DNA of 64,000 nucleotides, taken from sequence record NZ_CP020440.2; one strand, 5' to 3'. The notes under the pieces are model-generated. The model worked only from the letters and a program-made list of their open reading frames with translations. It searched no databases and had not been told where the DNA came from. Source of the DNA: a plasmid. Below are positions 1-9,807 of this stretch, piece after piece; the first letter of the stretch is position 1, and every line of letters begins with the position of its first letter. The translations under genes were made by a program, and so were the position numbers.

Positions 1-1062
1 CGTCACCAGCCCGACCCGTGCCAGCCGGTAAAGCCCGGCCAGCAGGCTGTGGCTGAAGGCGCGGTTGATATAGCGCACCGGAACCCAGTCGAGCGTGCCG
101 TAGCTGGCGTTCAGCCGGCCCGCGCGCTCGGCCACCTCTTGCTGGATGCGATCGTAGCCTTCGATCCCGCTGCGCGAGGCCGGGGTGATCTGCAGGAAGC
201 TGACGCGGTTGTGCAGCCCGGCATGGTTTTCCAGCAGCTGCTCGATGGCGCGCAGGCGCTCGGGCAGGCCCTTGGAGTAGTCCAGCCGGTCCACCCCGAT
301 CACCAGGTCGCGGGGGCCGAAGCGCTGGTGCAGGTCGCGGATGCGGGGCAGGTCGCGGGCGCGGCGGGCGCGGGCGGTGAAGCCGCGCGTGTCGATCGAG
401 ATCGGATAAGCGCCGATCCGGGTCCCGCGCGGCGAGGTCGCGCGCTCCAGCCGGTGGCGCGCGGCGTCCAGCGCGTCGCGCAGGTTCTTCGCGTCCCCGG
501 GCGTCTGCAGGCCCACCACATCATAGGCCAGCATCTCGGACAGGAAATCGTCGGCGCGGGGCAGGGCGCGGAACAGGTCATGCGCCGGCCAGGGAATGTG
601 GTGGAAATAGCCGATGCGGTTCGTCACCCCCAGCGCGCGAAGCTTGGCCGCAAGCGGCATCAGGTGATAGTCGTGCACCCACACCAAATCGCCCGGCTGC
701 AGCAGCCCGACCAGGACGCGGGCGAATTTCTCGTTCACCGCCAGATAGCGCTCCATCGCCGTGCGGTTGAATTCCAGCAGGTCCGGGCGGTAATGGCACA
801 GCGGCCACAGGACCGAATTCGAGATGCCCTCGTAATAGCCCGCGATGTCCTCCGGGGTCAGGTCCAGGGCGGCATAGGTGACGTTGCCTTCGTCGACCAG
901 CCGCAGGTCGTCGGTCGCGTCCTCGACCGCGCGGCCCGACCAGCCGAGCCACAGCCCTTCGTGATGTTTAAGCGCGGCTTCCAATGCCACCGCAAGCCCT
1001 CCGGCCGCGACGCCCTTGCCAAGGGCGGGCAGGCGATTCGACACGACGACAAGGCGGCTCAT
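1..1062 (-). CDS. otsA: Trehalose-6-phosphate synthase (GT20); N-terminal 354 aa present, C-terminus runs off window start
   Basis: Reverse-strand translation from ATG at 1062 gives MSRLVVVSNRLPALGKGVAAGGLAVALEAALKHHEGLWLGWSG...VWVHDYHLMPLA, a typical OtsA N-terminus. The frame stays open to position 1. Its ATG overlaps the upstream gene stop (ATGA). Confidence 0.85.
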   Translation of the reverse strand, partial: MSRLVVVSNRLPALGKGVAAGGLAVALEAALKHHEGLWLGWSGRAVEDATDDLRLVDEGNVTYAALDLTPEDIAGYYEGISNSVLWPLCHYRPDLLEFNRTAMERYLAVNEKFARVLVGLLQPGDLVWVHDYHLMPLAAKLRALGVTNRIGYFHHIPWPAHDLFRALPRADDFLSEMLAYDVVGLQTPGDAKNLRDALDAARHRLERATSPRGTRIGAYPISIDTRGFTARARRARDLPRIRDLHQRFGPRDLVIGVDRLDYSKGLPERLRAIEQLLENHAGLHNRVSFLQITPASRSGIEGYDRIQQEVAERAGRLNASYGTLDWVPVRYINRAFSHSLLAGLYRLARVGLVT

Positions 1063-2855
1063 ACGACCTCCTCCCAGCTTCTGGACAGTTTCATCGCGGC
1101 ATCGACCAGGCCGACCATGGAATAGGTCTGGGGGAAATTGCCCCAGAGCTGGCCCGTTTCGACGTGGATCCCCTCGGACAGCAGCCCCAGCCGGTTGCGC
1201 TGCGCCAGCACCTCGTCGAAGATCTCGCGCGCTTCGTCGTGGCGACCCAGCCGGCACAGCGCGTCGATCAGCCAGAAGGTGCAGGCGTTGAAGGCCGTCT
1301 CGGGCGTGCCGAAATCGTCCGGAGCCTTGTAGCGGAACAGGTGGTGGCCCTGGCGCAGCTGCTCCTCGATCGCGGCGACGGTGGACTGGTAGCGGGCGTT
1401 CGCGCCCGTGGTATAGCCGACCTCGGTCATCAGAAGCAGGCTTGCGTCCAGATCCTCGCCGTCGAAGGTCATCACATAGCTTTCCAGCCGGGGGTTCCAG
1501 CCGCGCGCCTCGATGGCGTCGCGGATGGTGTCGGCATGGCCCGCCCAGAACGAGGCGCGGTCGGGCAGCCCAAGCTGCGCCGCGATGCGCGCCAGCCGGT
1601 CGCAGGCGCCCCAGCACATCAGCGCGGAATGGGTGTGGATGCTTTCGCGGGTGCGGAATTCCCACAGGCCGGCGTCGGGCGTGTTCCAGCGCGCCACCGC
1701 CTGGTGGCCCAGGTTCTCGAGCCGCTCGAACAGGTCTGTGCCGCCCAGACGGGGCAGACGTTCGTCGAAAAAGCACTGGCTGACCGCCAGTATGACCGAG
1801 CCGTAGCCGTCGTTCTGGACCTGGGTATAGGCCGCGTTGCCGCGCCGCACGGGGGCATTGCCGCGGTAGCCGGCCAGATGGGGGCACTCCTCCTCGGTGA
1901 TGATGCGTTCGTGGCCCAGGCCGAACAGCGGCTGCATGTAGCCGTCCGGCGCCCCGGTCGCGAGGTTCAGGACGTAATCGAGATAGTCCTCCATCGTCTT
2001 GGTGACGCCAAGCGCGTTCAGCGCCTTGACCGTGAAGAAACTGTCGCGCAGCCAGCAGAAGCGGTAATCCCAGTTCCGGCCGGTGCCCTGGTATTCGGGG
2101 ATCGAGGTGGTCAGCGCGGCCACGATGCCGCCGGTTTCCTCGTATTCGCACAGTTTCAGCGTGATCGCGGCGCGGATCACCGCCTCCTGGTAATCGGGCG
2201 GGATCGAGAGCGCGCGGACCCAGTCCAGCCAGTAATCCTGCGTCCGTTCAAGGAAGCGGTCGGCGATCACCTGCGGCGCATCGCTCAGCGGCTCGTTCGG
2301 GCCCAGCAGGAAGACTTGCGGCCGGTCCAGCAGGAAGGGCGTTTCGTTCAGCACGAATTCGATCGGCGCGGTGGTGGTCAGGCGCAGTTCTTCGGGGCCG
2401 AGCTCATAGCGGACGTGGTTCGATCCGCGCCGGACCCGCGCCGGATGCTCGCCATAGCCGTGCCGCGGGCGCAGGCGCATGGTGATGCGGGGCATGCCCG
2501 TCAGGGGCTCGATCATGCGCACCAGGGTACGGCCGCGGAACATCCTGCCGCGGTCGCGAAAGCGCGGCATGAAGTCGGTGATGCGCAGGCTGTTGCCCTG
2601 GTCGTCCGTCAGCACGGTTTCCAGGATGGCGGTGTTGCGGCGATAGGCCTGGTGGCACTCGGCCAGGTTGTCCACCCGGATCGACCAGCGCCCCTCGTCG
2701 GGGCCGGCGACGGGTTCCAGAAGGCCGCAGAACAGCGGATCGCCGTCGAAGCGGGGCAGGCACATCCAGCAGATGTCGCCCCGCGCGTCGACCAGCGCGG
2801 CGGTCGCGGCATTGCCGATCAGGCCCAGGTCCAGCGAGGTGGGCAAAGCGGTCAT
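1059..2855 (-). CDS. Glycoside hydrolase family 15 (glucoamylase/trehalase-like) protein, about 598 aa
   Basis: C-terminal ~600 aa of the 1059..3668 minus ORF starting MTALPTSLDLGLIGN; GH15 motifs (WLRDS, alpha/alpha toroid region). Start ATG at 2855 overlaps otsB stop (ATGA); stop overlaps otsA start. Confidence 0.8.
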   Translation of the reverse strand: MTALPTSLDLGLIGNAATAALVDARGDICWMCLPRFDGDPLFCGLLEPVAGPDEGRWSIRVDNLAECHQAYRRNTAILETVLTDDQGNSLRITDFMPRFRDRGRMFRGRTLVRMIEPLTGMPRITMRLRPRHGYGEHPARVRRGSNHVRYELGPEELRLTTTAPIEFVLNETPFLLDRPQVFLLGPNEPLSDAPQVIADRFLERTQDYWLDWVRALSIPPDYQEAVIRAAITLKLCEYEETGGIVAALTTSIPEYQGTGRNWDYRFCWLRDSFFTVKALNALGVTKTMEDYLDYVLNLATGAPDGYMQPLFGLGHERIITEEECPHLAGYRGNAPVRRGNAAYTQVQNDGYGSVILAVSQCFFDERLPRLGGTDLFERLENLGHQAVARWNTPDAGLWEFRTRESIHTHSALMCWGACDRLARIAAQLGLPDRASFWAGHADTIRDAIEARGWNPRLESYVMTFDGEDLDASLLLMTEVGYTTGANARYQSTVAAIEEQLRQGHHLFRYKAPDDFGTPETAFNACTFWLIDALCRLGRHDEAREIFDEVLAQRNRLGLLSEGIHVETGQLWGNFPQTYSMVGLVDAAMKLSRSWEEVV

Positions 2856-3598
2856 GCGGCCAGCCTCCGTTCCAGCCACAGCGCCAGGGCGGCGGGTCCG
2901 GGCAGATGGACATCGGCGGGCATGTCGCGTTCGCCCATGGCGACGGCGATGCCGCCCGCCTCGCGCGCGGCCCGCAGCATGGGCAGGTCGTTCAGGTCGT
3001 CGCCGAAGGCCACGGGGCGGCGCCCGGCAAAGGGCGGCACGGCCAGGAAGCGGCGTAGCGCCGTGCCCTTGTCGGCCCCCCGCGGCCGGATCTCGGCCAC
3101 GAACTTGCCGGGCTGGATGATCCAGCCGTCGCCCAGGTCGGCCAGGGCGCGGGTCGCGGCCTCGGTCATCGCGGCCTCGGCCATGGGGACGGCGCGCCAG
3201 TGCAGGGCCAGTCCTTCGCCCTTGTCCTCGAGGACAGAGCCGGGATGCGCCTCGGTCAGGGTCCGAAGCGGTTCGAGCAGCGGGCGCACCGCCGCGACGC
3301 GCCGCGCCCGGTCCGGGTCGTCGGACTCGGCCGGGTCGGGAAACTCGACCCCGTGCAGCCCCGCGACCGGGATCACCTCGCCCAGGCGTTCGTTGATCTC
3401 GGACCGCCCGCGCCCCGAGATGATCGCCACCGCGCCGCCCGTCCGCTCGCTGAGCCGCAAAAGGTCGTCGCGCAGCCGGTCCGAGATCGAGGCGTCCTGC
3501 GGGCGGTTGGTGAATTCGGCCAGGGTGCCGTCGAAATCGAAGAAGAAGGCGTGCCGGTCCAGGTCCAGGGTGGCAAGGTCGACGCTGGTGTCTTTCAA
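2852..3598 (-). CDS. otsB: Trehalose-6-phosphate phosphatase (HAD family)
   Basis: HAFFFDFDGTLAE (HAD motif I), ...GDDLNDLPML (motif IV). There is no ATG upstream of the HAD motif. A TTG at 3598 lies 4 nt after GGAGAG; the alternative is the far-upstream track start at 3769. Confidence 0.75.
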   Translation of the reverse strand: MKDTSVDLATLDLDRHAFFFDFDGTLAEFTNRPQDASISDRLRDDLLRLSERTGGAVAIISGRGRSEINERLGEVIPVAGLHGVEFPDPAESDDPDRARRVAAVRPLLEPLRTLTEAHPGSVLEDKGEGLALHWRAVPMAEAAMTEAATRALADLGDGWIIQPGKFVAEIRPRGADKGTALRRFLAVPPFAGRRPVAFGDDLNDLPMLRAAREAGGIAVAMGERDMPADVHLPGPAALALWLERRLAA

Positions 3599-3831
3599 GG
3601 GTCTCTCCGTTCCTTTGCGGGTCTTGCGACCGGCGGGACGCCTCCCGCCGGGGCGCCCGGTCACGCAAGAAATGCGTTCCGCCGCGCCATGGTTCCGCGC
3701 TGCGGCGCCCGGGGCCCGGCCGCGCCGCGCGATTGTTCGACAGGCAGGCAAGGATGCCCCCAAGGGCATGCCGCGACAGGGGTCATGCCTGGGGGTTTCG
3801 CACGATTATCGCGGAAAATCAAACGCCGCCG

Positions 3832-4011
3832 TCAGCGGCCGCGCCGCAGGAACAGCGCATAGGCCAGATACAGCCCCGCCGCGGCAAAGAGGCCCGCCCA
3901 GACATGGGCGCCGGAATAAAGCTCGACCCCCGCCCAGGCAAGCGGCAGGATCACGCACAGGAGCCGCACCCAGAGCGCGTCGAAGAAGGGATTGTTTGGA
4001 TCGACCAGCAT
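3832..4011 (-). CDS. Small hypothetical membrane protein (59 aa, two predicted TM helices)
   Basis: Hand-translated ORF not in the track (under 60 aa): MLVDPNNPFFDALWVRLLCVILPLAWAGVELYSGAHVWAGLFAAAGLYLAYALFLRRGR. Hydrophobic; weak RBS. Confidence 0.3.
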   Translation of the reverse strand: MLVDPNNPFFDALWVRLLCVILPLAWAGVELYSGAHVWAGLFAAAGLYLAYALFLRRGR

Positions 4012-4096
4012 GCCCCTTGATAGCCGGGCCCGGCCTGCGCCGAAAGGGCCAATCGGGGGGGACTGCCGGCCGGAACGGGCCGGCGGTCGTGTCGTG

Positions 4097-4838
4097 TCAC
4101 CAGCTGAAGTCGTCGCTGCTGAGCTGGTTCAGGCGCATGTCCTGGATCACCACCCGGTCGGCGCCAGCATTGATGACCACGCTGTCGCCGCTTTGAACCG
4201 CCGCGCCGCGAATGTCGGCGAAGCTGTCGAAACGGGCATAATAGGACAGGTCGATGCGGTCGTCGCCGTTCTCGAAATCGGTGATCACGTCGCGCCCGCC
4301 GTTCCAGACGAAGACGTCCGCGCCTTCGCCGCCGCTCATGGTGTCGTTGCCGGCACCGCCGTTCAGGGTATCGTTGCCTTCGTGTCCGAACAGCCGGTCG
4401 TTGCCGGCCTCGGCCAGGATGCGGTCATCGCCTTCGCCGCCATAGATGATGTCGGCGCCCGCGCCCGAACGGACCACGTCATTGCCTTCGCCCGCCCAGA
4501 TCCGGTCGGCGCCCGAGCCGGTCACCGCGCTGTCGTTGCCTTCGCCCAGGGTGATGCGGTTGTTGCCGTGGCCGGCGTTCACCACGTCGTTGCCGTCACC
4601 CGCGTCGATGATGTCGTTGCCGGCGCCGGCCGTGATGACGTCGTTGCCTTCGCCGCCCAGGACGCGGTTGTGGCCCTGGCCCGCGTTGATGCGGTCGTTG
4701 CCTTCGCCCCGTCGATGGTGTCGGCACCGTTGTAGCCGTTGATGGTATCGTCCCCGGACATGCCCCAGATCCGGTCAACCAGATTGGTGCCGTTCAGGCG
4801 GTTGTCGTCGTCGTTGCCACGAATGTTGGCCATGATGG
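4097..4838 (-). pseudogene. RTX-type (hemolysin-type calcium-binding GGxGxD repeat) secreted protein, disrupted by a single-base frameshift
   Basis: Two minus-strand ORFs (4579..4848 and 4097..4585) both carry GGxGxDx[LIV] nonapeptide repeats (GGEGNDxI, GGAGNDTM, etc.). Inserting one C in the CCCC run at 4707-4710 restores ...TIDGGEGNDRINAG... in frame. This could be a real pseudogene or phase variation, or a homopolymer sequencing error. Confidence 0.55.
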
Positions 4839-4988
4839 TCTCCGTCATGCAATCGTCTGTGCCGGCGGGTCAGAGCGGACCCAAGGGACCCCTCGCCGCG
4901 CAGGGCTGCCGGTTCGGCCGCTGCGCGGGGCGGTGCGCGGCTTGGTCGGCCCGCACGTTCCACAAGGATGACGCGGCGGATGGGGGGA

Positions 4989-6020
4989 TTATTCCGCACC
5001 CGCGGCAAATATCTGTCCTTCGGCGGAAGCTTGCCGGTCGCAGGCCCCGGCGGCGCTGTCGCGGTAACGGGCCGGGGTCGTGCCCTCGAGCTTGAGAAAG
5101 GCGCGGTGGAAGGCCCCCGGCTCGGCATAGCCCAGCCGCGCGGCGATGCGGGCGACGCTGTCGGTGCCGTCGCGCAGCAGGCGGCAGGCCTGGGCGTGGC
5201 GCATCTCGGCGCGCAGGGCGGCAAAGCCCTGGCCCTCGGCCCGCAGGCGGCGGCGCAGCGTGGCGGGCGACAGGCCAAGGTCGCGCGCGAGCCTGTCGAA
5301 GTCGGGCCATTCGGCGGGCGCCGTCGCGCGCAGCAGCGCCCGGACCCGCCCCGAGACGCCCTGATCGTGGCGATAGCGCAGCAGGATGTTCGCCGGCGCC
5401 CCGCGCAGAAAGGTCTTGAGCGCCTTTTCACTGCGGATCGTCGGCAAGGCGAGGTGCCGGGCGGCCAGCACCAGCCGGCTTTCGGGCTGGTCGAAATGCA
5501 CCGGCGCGCCAAAGAACTGGCGGTAATCCTGCCGGTTCGGCGGGGCCGGGCCGGCAAAGTCCACCCGGACCAGCGGCAGGCGGCGTCCGACCAGCCAGCA
5601 CATCAGCCCCAGCAGGATCAGCCAATAGGCGCGATAGGCGAAGGCCGGGCGCGGGCCCGCCCGGTCGGTCAGCACGATCTCGGCCCGGCCGTCGCGCAGG
5701 ACCACCCGGCCCTGCGGATCGTCCAGCACCACGTTCAGGAAGCGCAGCGCCCGGGGCAGCGCGCGTTCCAGCCGGCCCGCGTGCAGCACGGCATGGCCCA
5801 TCAGCGCAAAGCTGCCCGGCCGCATCGGCCGCGCGGCCATGCCGAAGATCTCGCAGCCGATGCGGTCCGCGATGGCCAGCCACAGCCGGCCGTATTGCAG
5901 GTTGTCGACCGGCCCCCGGGCGTCGGGCGCGATCCCCGCGCGGGCGAGCACCGGGCCGGGGTCGATGCCGCGCGCGGTCAGGCTGGCCAGCGCGTCCTGC
6001 ACGAAGCCTTGAGAAATCAT
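4989..6020 (-). CDS. AraC family transcriptional regulator
   Basis: C-terminal AraC HTH (…ARIAARLGYAEPGAFHRAFLKLEGTTPARYR). ATG at 6020 (MISQGFVQDA); the track start at 6035 is a GTG. Divergent from the acyl-CoA synthetase operon. Confidence 0.8.
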   Translation of the reverse strand: MISQGFVQDALASLTARGIDPGPVLARAGIAPDARGPVDNLQYGRLWLAIADRIGCEIFGMAARPMRPGSFALMGHAVLHAGRLERALPRALRFLNVVLDDPQGRVVLRDGRAEIVLTDRAGPRPAFAYRAYWLILLGLMCWLVGRRLPLVRVDFAGPAPPNRQDYRQFFGAPVHFDQPESRLVLAARHLALPTIRSEKALKTFLRGAPANILLRYRHDQGVSGRVRALLRATAPAEWPDFDRLARDLGLSPATLRRRLRAEGQGFAALRAEMRHAQACRLLRDGTDSVARIAARLGYAEPGAFHRAFLKLEGTTPARYRDSAAGACDRQASAEGQIFAAGAE

Positions 6021-6176
6021 GCTGCGTTCGGCCACGCGCGCGCCCCTTCATGGCATTTCCGATCAGCAATTCTGGCCGCGAATGTCATTGCCTGCAATGC
6101 CCGCCGCATTATCCTTGCCCCGAACTCAGGGAGCCGCCCGATCGTCAGGGGCGGGAGTTTGACGGGAGGATCGACC

Positions 6177-7850
6177 ATGTCCGACACGACAGTGTCCCCG
6201 GCGCCGCTGCGCCCTGCCTATGCCGATGCCTATGCCGGGTTCCGCCTGGATCAGGCCCGCGCCCGCCTGTCGGGCGACCTGGACAGCGGGCTGAACGCCT
6301 GCGTGGAATGCTGCGACCGCCATTGCGGGGCCAATCGCATCGCGCTGCGCTGCCTGTCGGCGGGCGAGGTGCTGACCGAGTACAGCTTCGAGGACCTGCG
6401 CGCCCTGTCCGCCAAGGCGGCGAACGTCCTGCGCGACAAGGGCGTCAGGCCCGGCGATGTGGTGGCGGGCATGTTGCCGCGCACGGTCGAACTGGTCGCG
6501 CTGATCCTGGGCGCCTGGCGGCTGGGGGCGGTCTATCAGCCGCTGTTCACCGCCTTTGGTCCCAAGGCGATCCAGCACCGGCTGGAGACCAGCCGCGCCA
6601 AGCTGGTCGTCACGAACAGCGCGAACCGCCCCAAGCTCGATGAGGTTCAGGGCTGCCCGCAGATCGCCACGGTGCGCGACGGCGAGGCGCCCCTGGCCCC
6701 CGAGGACGTCGATTTCCGCAAGGCGCTGGCCGAGGCGTCGACGGATTTCGCCCCGGTGATGCGCAAGGGCGACGATCTTTTCATGCTGATGTCCACCTCG
6801 GGCACCACGGGCCTGCCCAAGGGGGTGCCGGTGCCGTTGCGGGCCCTGCTGGCCTTTGACGCCTATATGCGCGACGCCATCGACTTGCGCGACGACGACG
6901 TGTTCTGGAACATCGCCGACCCGGGCTGGGCCTATGGGCTTTACTATGCGATCTGCGGGCCGCTGCTGCTGGGCCGCACGACGCTGCTTTACGAAGGCGG
7001 GTTCACGGCGGAGTCGACCTTTCGCATCGTCCGGCGGATGGGGGTGACGAACCTTGCCGGCTCGCCCACCGCCTATCGGCTGCTGATCGCGGCGGGCCCC
7101 GAGGCCGCGGCGCCCGTCAAGGGCCAGCTGCGCGCCGTCAGTTCGGCCGGCGAGCCCCTGAACCCCGAGATCCTGCGCTGGTTCGCCCAGCATCTGGACG
7201 CGCCGATCCACGACCATTACGGCCAGACCGAGATGGGCATGTGCGTGAACAACCACCACGGGCTGGACCATCCGGTGCGCCCCGGCTCGGCCGGGTTGTC
7301 GATGCCGGGCTATCGCGTCGTCGTGCTGGACGATCAGGATCGGGAAATGGGCCCGAACCAGCCGGGGGTGCTGGCCATCGACCTGGAACAGTCGCCGCTG
7401 ATGTGGTTTTCGGGCTATCTGGGCAAGCCCGCCCTGGACGGGCGGTATTACCGGACCGGCGACAGCGTCGAGTTCGAGCCCGACGGCTCGATCAGCTTCA
7501 TCGGGCGCTCGGACGATGTGATCACAAGCTCGGGCTATCGGATCGGGCCCTTCGACGTGGAAAGCGCGCTGATCGAGCATCCCGCCGTGGTCGAGGCCGC
7601 GGTGATCGGCGTCCCCGACCCCGGGCGGACCGAGGTGGTGAAGGCCTTCGTGGTGCTGGCCAAGGGGGCAGAGGCCTCGGCCGCGCTGGCCGAGGAACTG
7701 CAGGCCCATGTCAAGCGCCGCCTGTCGGCCCATGCCTATCCCCGGCTGGTCGAATTCGTCACCGAACTGCCCAAGACCCCCAGCGGCAAGATCCAGCGGT
7801 TCCTGCTGCGCAAGGCCGAGGTCGAGAAGCTGGCGGAAAGTCAGGTCTAG
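6177..7850 (+). CDS. AMP-dependent acyl-CoA synthetase/ligase
   Basis: MSTSGTTGLPKGV (AMP-binding motif I), YGQTE, GYRIGPFDVESAL, PKTPSGKIQR. Real start MSDTTVSPAP at 6177, inside the long 4968..7850 track ORF. Confidence 0.85.
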   Translation: MSDTTVSPAPLRPAYADAYAGFRLDQARARLSGDLDSGLNACVECCDRHCGANRIALRCLSAGEVLTEYSFEDLRALSAKAANVLRDKGVRPGDVVAGMLPRTVELVALILGAWRLGAVYQPLFTAFGPKAIQHRLETSRAKLVVTNSANRPKLDEVQGCPQIATVRDGEAPLAPEDVDFRKALAEASTDFAPVMRKGDDLFMLMSTSGTTGLPKGVPVPLRALLAFDAYMRDAIDLRDDDVFWNIADPGWAYGLYYAICGPLLLGRTTLLYEGGFTAESTFRIVRRMGVTNLAGSPTAYRLLIAAGPEAAAPVKGQLRAVSSAGEPLNPEILRWFAQHLDAPIHDHYGQTEMGMCVNNHHGLDHPVRPGSAGLSMPGYRVVVLDDQDREMGPNQPGVLAIDLEQSPLMWFSGYLGKPALDGRYYRTGDSVEFEPDGSISFIGRSDDVITSSGYRIGPFDVESALIEHPAVVEAAVIGVPDPGRTEVVKAFVVLAKGAEASAALAEELQAHVKRRLSAHAYPRLVEFVTELPKTPSGKIQRFLLRKAEVEKLAESQV

Positions 7851-7853
7851 GCG

Positions 7854-8621
7854 ATGCAGATGCAGGACAGGGTTTTCGTGATTACCGGCGCGGGCTCGGG
7901 TCTGGGGGCGGCGGTCGCGCGGATGGCGGTCGATGCCGGCGCCCGCGTCATGGTGCTGGACATCGACGCCGAGGCCGGCCGCGCCACGGTCGACGCCTTG
8001 GGCAAGGCCGCGCGCTTTCAGCGCTGCGACGTGACCAGCGCGGCCGAGGGTGAGGCGGCGATCCAGGCCGCACTGGACAGCTTCGGCCGGATCGACGTGG
8101 CGGTGAACTGCGCGGGCGTCGCCCCGGGCGAGCGGATCGTCGGCCGCGACGGGCCGCACAGGCTGGAGAGCTTCGCCCGCGCCATCCAGATCAACCTGAT
8201 CGGCACCTTCAACATCCTGCGGCTGGCGGCCTCGGCCATGACCGGGAACGCGCCGCTTGAGGGCGGCGAACGCGGGGTGATCGTCAACACCGCCTCGATT
8301 GCGGCTTTTGACGGGCAGATCGGCCAGGCGGCCTATGCGGCCTCCAAGGGGGGCGTCGCCGCGTTGACCCTGCCCGCCGCGCGCGAACTGGCGCGCCACG
8401 GCATCCGGGTGGTGACCATCGCGCCCGGCATCTTTGCCACTCCGATGATGGCGGGTCTGCCGGCCGAGGTGCAGGACAGCCTGGGCGGCACGGTCCCGTT
8501 CCCCGCGCGGCTGGGCGATCCCGCCGAATACGCCGCCCTGCTGCGCCACATCGTCGAGAACCCCTACCTGAACGGCGAGGTGATCCGGCTGGACGGCGCG
8601 CTGCGCATGGCCCCGAAATAA
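7854..8621 (+). CDS. SDR-family 3-hydroxyacyl-CoA dehydrogenase (HSD17B10 / 3-hydroxy-2-methylbutyryl-CoA dehydrogenase-like)
   Basis: ITGAGSGLG Rossmann motif, NCAG, YAASKGG catalytic YxxxK. Starts 4 nt after the synthetase stop. Confidence 0.85.
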   Translation: MQMQDRVFVITGAGSGLGAAVARMAVDAGARVMVLDIDAEAGRATVDALGKAARFQRCDVTSAAEGEAAIQAALDSFGRIDVAVNCAGVAPGERIVGRDGPHRLESFARAIQINLIGTFNILRLAASAMTGNAPLEGGERGVIVNTASIAAFDGQIGQAAYAASKGGVAALTLPAARELARHGIRVVTIAPGIFATPMMAGLPAEVQDSLGGTVPFPARLGDPAEYAALLRHIVENPYLNGEVIRLDGALRMAPK

Positions 8622-8631
8622 GGATATCAGG

Positions 8632-9807
8632 ATGGACCCGATTGTGATCACAGGCGCTGCCCGCACCCCGATGGGCGGCTTTCAGGGCGACCTGGCGGGG
8701 GTTCCCGCCGCCACGCTGGGCGCGACCGCGATCCGCGCCGCCCTGGCGGGGCTGGACCCGCAGGCGGTGGACGAGGTGCTGATGGGTTGCGTCCTGCCCG
8801 CGGGCCAGGGCCAGGCGCCCGCGCGTCAGGCGGCGCTGGGGGCCGGCCTGCCGCTGGGGACCGGGGCGACCACGGTCAACAAGATGTGCGGCTCGGGGAT
8901 GAAGGCCGCGATGCTGGGCCACGACCTGATCCTGGCGGGCTCGGCCGGGGTGGTGGTCGCAGGCGGCATGGAGAGCATGTCGAACGCGCCCTATCTGCTG
9001 CCCAAGGCCCGCGCCGGCTATCGCATGGGCCACGGGCAGGTCATCGACCACATGTTCCTGGACGGGCTTGAGGATGCCTATGACAAGGGCCGGTTGATGG
9101 GCACATTCGCCGAGGATTGCGCCGAGGCCTATCAGTTCACGCGCGAGGCGCAGGACGCCTTTGCCATCGCCTCGCTGACCCGAGCGCAATCGGCCATCAC
9201 CCAGGGGCGCTTTGCGGCCGAGATCGCGCCGGTCGCGGTCAAGGGCCGTGGCGGAGAGGCGATGGTCGATACCGACGAACAGCCCGGCAAGGCGCGGCTG
9301 GACAAGATCCCGACCCTGAAGCCCGCCTTCCGCGACGGCGGCACGGTGACGGCGGCGAACGCCTCGTCGATTTCGGACGGAGCGGCGGCGCTGGTCCTGA
9401 TGCGCCAGTCCGAGGCCGAGCGGCGCGGCCTGACCCCGCGGGCCCGCATCCTGGGCCATGCCACCCATGCCGACGCGCCGAACCTGTTTCCCACCGCGCC
9501 CATCGGCGCCGTCAGGAAACTGCTGGAAAAAACCGGGTCGACTACCCGGGACTTCGACCTGTTCGAGGTCAACGAGGCATTCGCCGTCGTCGCCATGGCC
9601 GCGATGCGCGACCTGGGCCTGCCGCATGACGTGGTGAACGTGCATGGCGGGGCCTGCGCGCTTGGCCATCCCATCGGCGCCTCGGGCGCGCGGGTGCTGG
9701 TCACGCTGCTGGCCGCGCTGGAAACGCACGGGCTCAAGCGCGGCATCGCCTCGCTTTGCATCGGCGGCGGCGAGGCGACCGCCATGGCGATCGAGGTGCT
9801 GGCATGA
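8632..9807 (+). CDS. Acetyl-CoA C-acyltransferase (thiolase II)
   Basis: [13 protein letters not shown] (active-site Cys), [26 protein letters not shown]. Confidence 0.9.
   Translation: MDPIVITGAARTPMGGFQGDLAGVPAATLGATAIRAALAGLDPQAVDEVLMGCVLPAGQGQAPARQAALGAGLPLGTGATTVNKMCGSGMKAAMLGHDLILAGSAGVVVAGGMESMSNAPYLLPKARAGYRMGHGQVIDHMFLDGLEDAYDKGRLMGTFAEDCAEAYQFTREAQDAFAIASLTRAQSAITQGRFAAEIAPVAVKGRGGEAMVDTDEQPGKARLDKIPTLKPAFRDGGTVTAANASSISDGAAALVLMRQSEAERRGLTPRARILGHATHADAPNLFPTAPIGAVRKLLEKTGSTTRDFDLFEVNEAFAVVAMAAMRDLGLPHDVVNVHGGACALGHPIGASGARVLVTLLAALETHGLKRGIASLCIGGGEATAMAIEVLA

Noticed and set aside
49-1125. 358-aa plus-strand ORF at the window start
   Set aside because: It is antisense to a clear otsA reading frame and its Ala/Arg/Gly/Val-rich composition is typical of GC-rich antisense frames. 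The minus-strand OtsA translation is unambiguous.
984-4196. 1070-aa plus-strand ORF spanning the ots locus
   Set aside because: Low-complexity Arg/Ala/Gly/Ser-rich sequence, antisense to three well-supported genes (GH15, otsB, otsA).
4705-4712. Possibility that the C4 tract is a programmed slippery site for translational frameshifting
   Set aside because: There is no heptameric slippery motif or downstream pseudoknot-like structure. A one-base indel (error or pseudogene) is the simpler explanation.
6126-8666. 846-aa minus-strand ORF overlapping the acyl-CoA synthetase and SDR genes
   Set aside because: Antisense artefact: no motifs, and extreme Arg/Gly/Ala/Pro bias. The sense-strand genes have full catalytic motifs.
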